Below, one piece after another: positions 63,236 through 64,000 of a DNA stretch of 64,000 nt (position 1 is the first letter of the stretch; each line of letters starts with the position of its first letter). Both the position numbers and the translations under genes were made by a program. A model generated the notes under the pieces. That model was not told the origin of the DNA. It saw only the letters and a program-made list of their open reading frames with translations, and searched no databases. Location of the stretch: NCBI GenBank assembly GCA_964016885.1, contig OZ024745.1:116560001-116624000 (forward strand), given 5' to 3'. Source of the stretch: Eledone cirrhosa. Taxonomy: Eukaryota.

Positions 63236-63480
63236 GGCGGCGAACGTCAGATAGAATACTTTTGCCGTAGTCATTCCGGCTTTCTACGCAATGAGTTCAA
63301 ATCCCGCCGAAGTCAACTTGGCCTTTCGTCCTTTCGAGATCTATAAAAAAAAGTACGAGTTTAGTTCTCGGGTCAAATCTTCCTCTATATCTCTTTCCCC
63401 TCACTATCTATCCTTCTCTGGAAGAAATCTGCTTTATTCAGACCTGGATCGGGAATGCCATGCATTTACAATCCATTACC
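63236..63480 (+). mobile_element. Older SINE variant (as at 14258)
   Basis: GAGTTCAAATCCCGCCGAAGTCAAC...GGAAGAAATCTGCTTTATTCAGACCTGG. Confidence 0.6.
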
Positions 63481-63549
63481 ATAACAATTTATTTTGTAAG
63501 TCTGTAATATTTGTACTAATATTCAGTAATAATATTTCTATTATCACTA

Positions 63550-63739
63550 ATAATTGTTTCTACTTTAGGCACAAGGCCAGCAATTACCCAGTGCATTACT
63601 GGTACTTTATTTTATCGACCCCGTAAGGATGAAAGGCAAAGTCAACCTCGGCGGGATTTGAACTCAAATTGTAAAGGGACGTAACTATGCTGGAAAGCAT
63701 GGCGTCCGACCCTCTAGCGATACTGCCAATCCACCGCCC
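63550..63739 (-). mobile_element. Family A SINE, full length, with TSD
   Basis: Full match, with TATTATCACTAATAAT on both sides. Confidence 0.88.
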
Positions 63740-63799
63740 TATATTATCACTAATAATACTACTTCTAATAGGAGAGCTACAACTTCTAATTGTTGAACT

Positions 63800-64000
63800 A
63801 ATACAACAACAACAACTACTACTGCTACTACTACTACTACTACTACCACTACCTCTACTATAACTACTACCACTACCTCTACTACTACTACGACGACGAC
63901 GACAACCACCACCATACTACTACAACTACTACTGTCGCTGCTGCTACCACAACCACCACGACCACCACCATCTCCACCACCACCACTACTATTACTACTA
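63800..64000 (+). repeat. Compound trinucleotide tract (ACA/ACT/ACC/ACG)n
   Basis: Direct reading. Confidence 0.9.

Overview
AT-rich, microsatellite-dense animal DNA. It carries the TTAGGG telomere motif, and its SINE families resemble those of octopods, so a cephalopod origin is inferred rather than shown. No host protein-coding gene can be supported; almost all short ORFs are translations of microsatellites or telomeric repeats. The centre (17.9-41.0 kb) is a compound structure. It has an intact 3.67-kb single-ORF non-LTR retrotransposon (RT + CCHC finger + restriction-like endonuclease, R4/Dong-like) on the minus strand, a 5'-truncated tandem copy, and a near-identical 3'-truncated copy on the plus strand. 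Both copies with an intact 5' end begin at the identical junction (TTAGGG)n-GGTTAG|AAACTTATGC, preceded by kilobases of telomeric repeat (3.9 kb and 12 kb, separated by a 200-N gap). Their 3' ends sit in (AAT)n/(AAG)n microsatellite. The arrays read (CCCTAA)n-gap-(TTAGGG)n, the opposite polarity to real chromosome ends or a classical end-to-end fusion. The best candidate for a new system is a microsatellite-targeting RLE retrotransposon that carries or acquires a telomeric-repeat 5' leader and seeds interstitial telomeric arrays. The flanks hold many tRNA-derived SINEs (several with TSDs), Penelope-like element (PLE) relics with GIY-YIG fragments, hammerhead ribozyme motifs and fold-back mini-elements in (TA)n, decayed CRE-like RLE fragments, and a 70-bp satellite containing a telomere-like motif.
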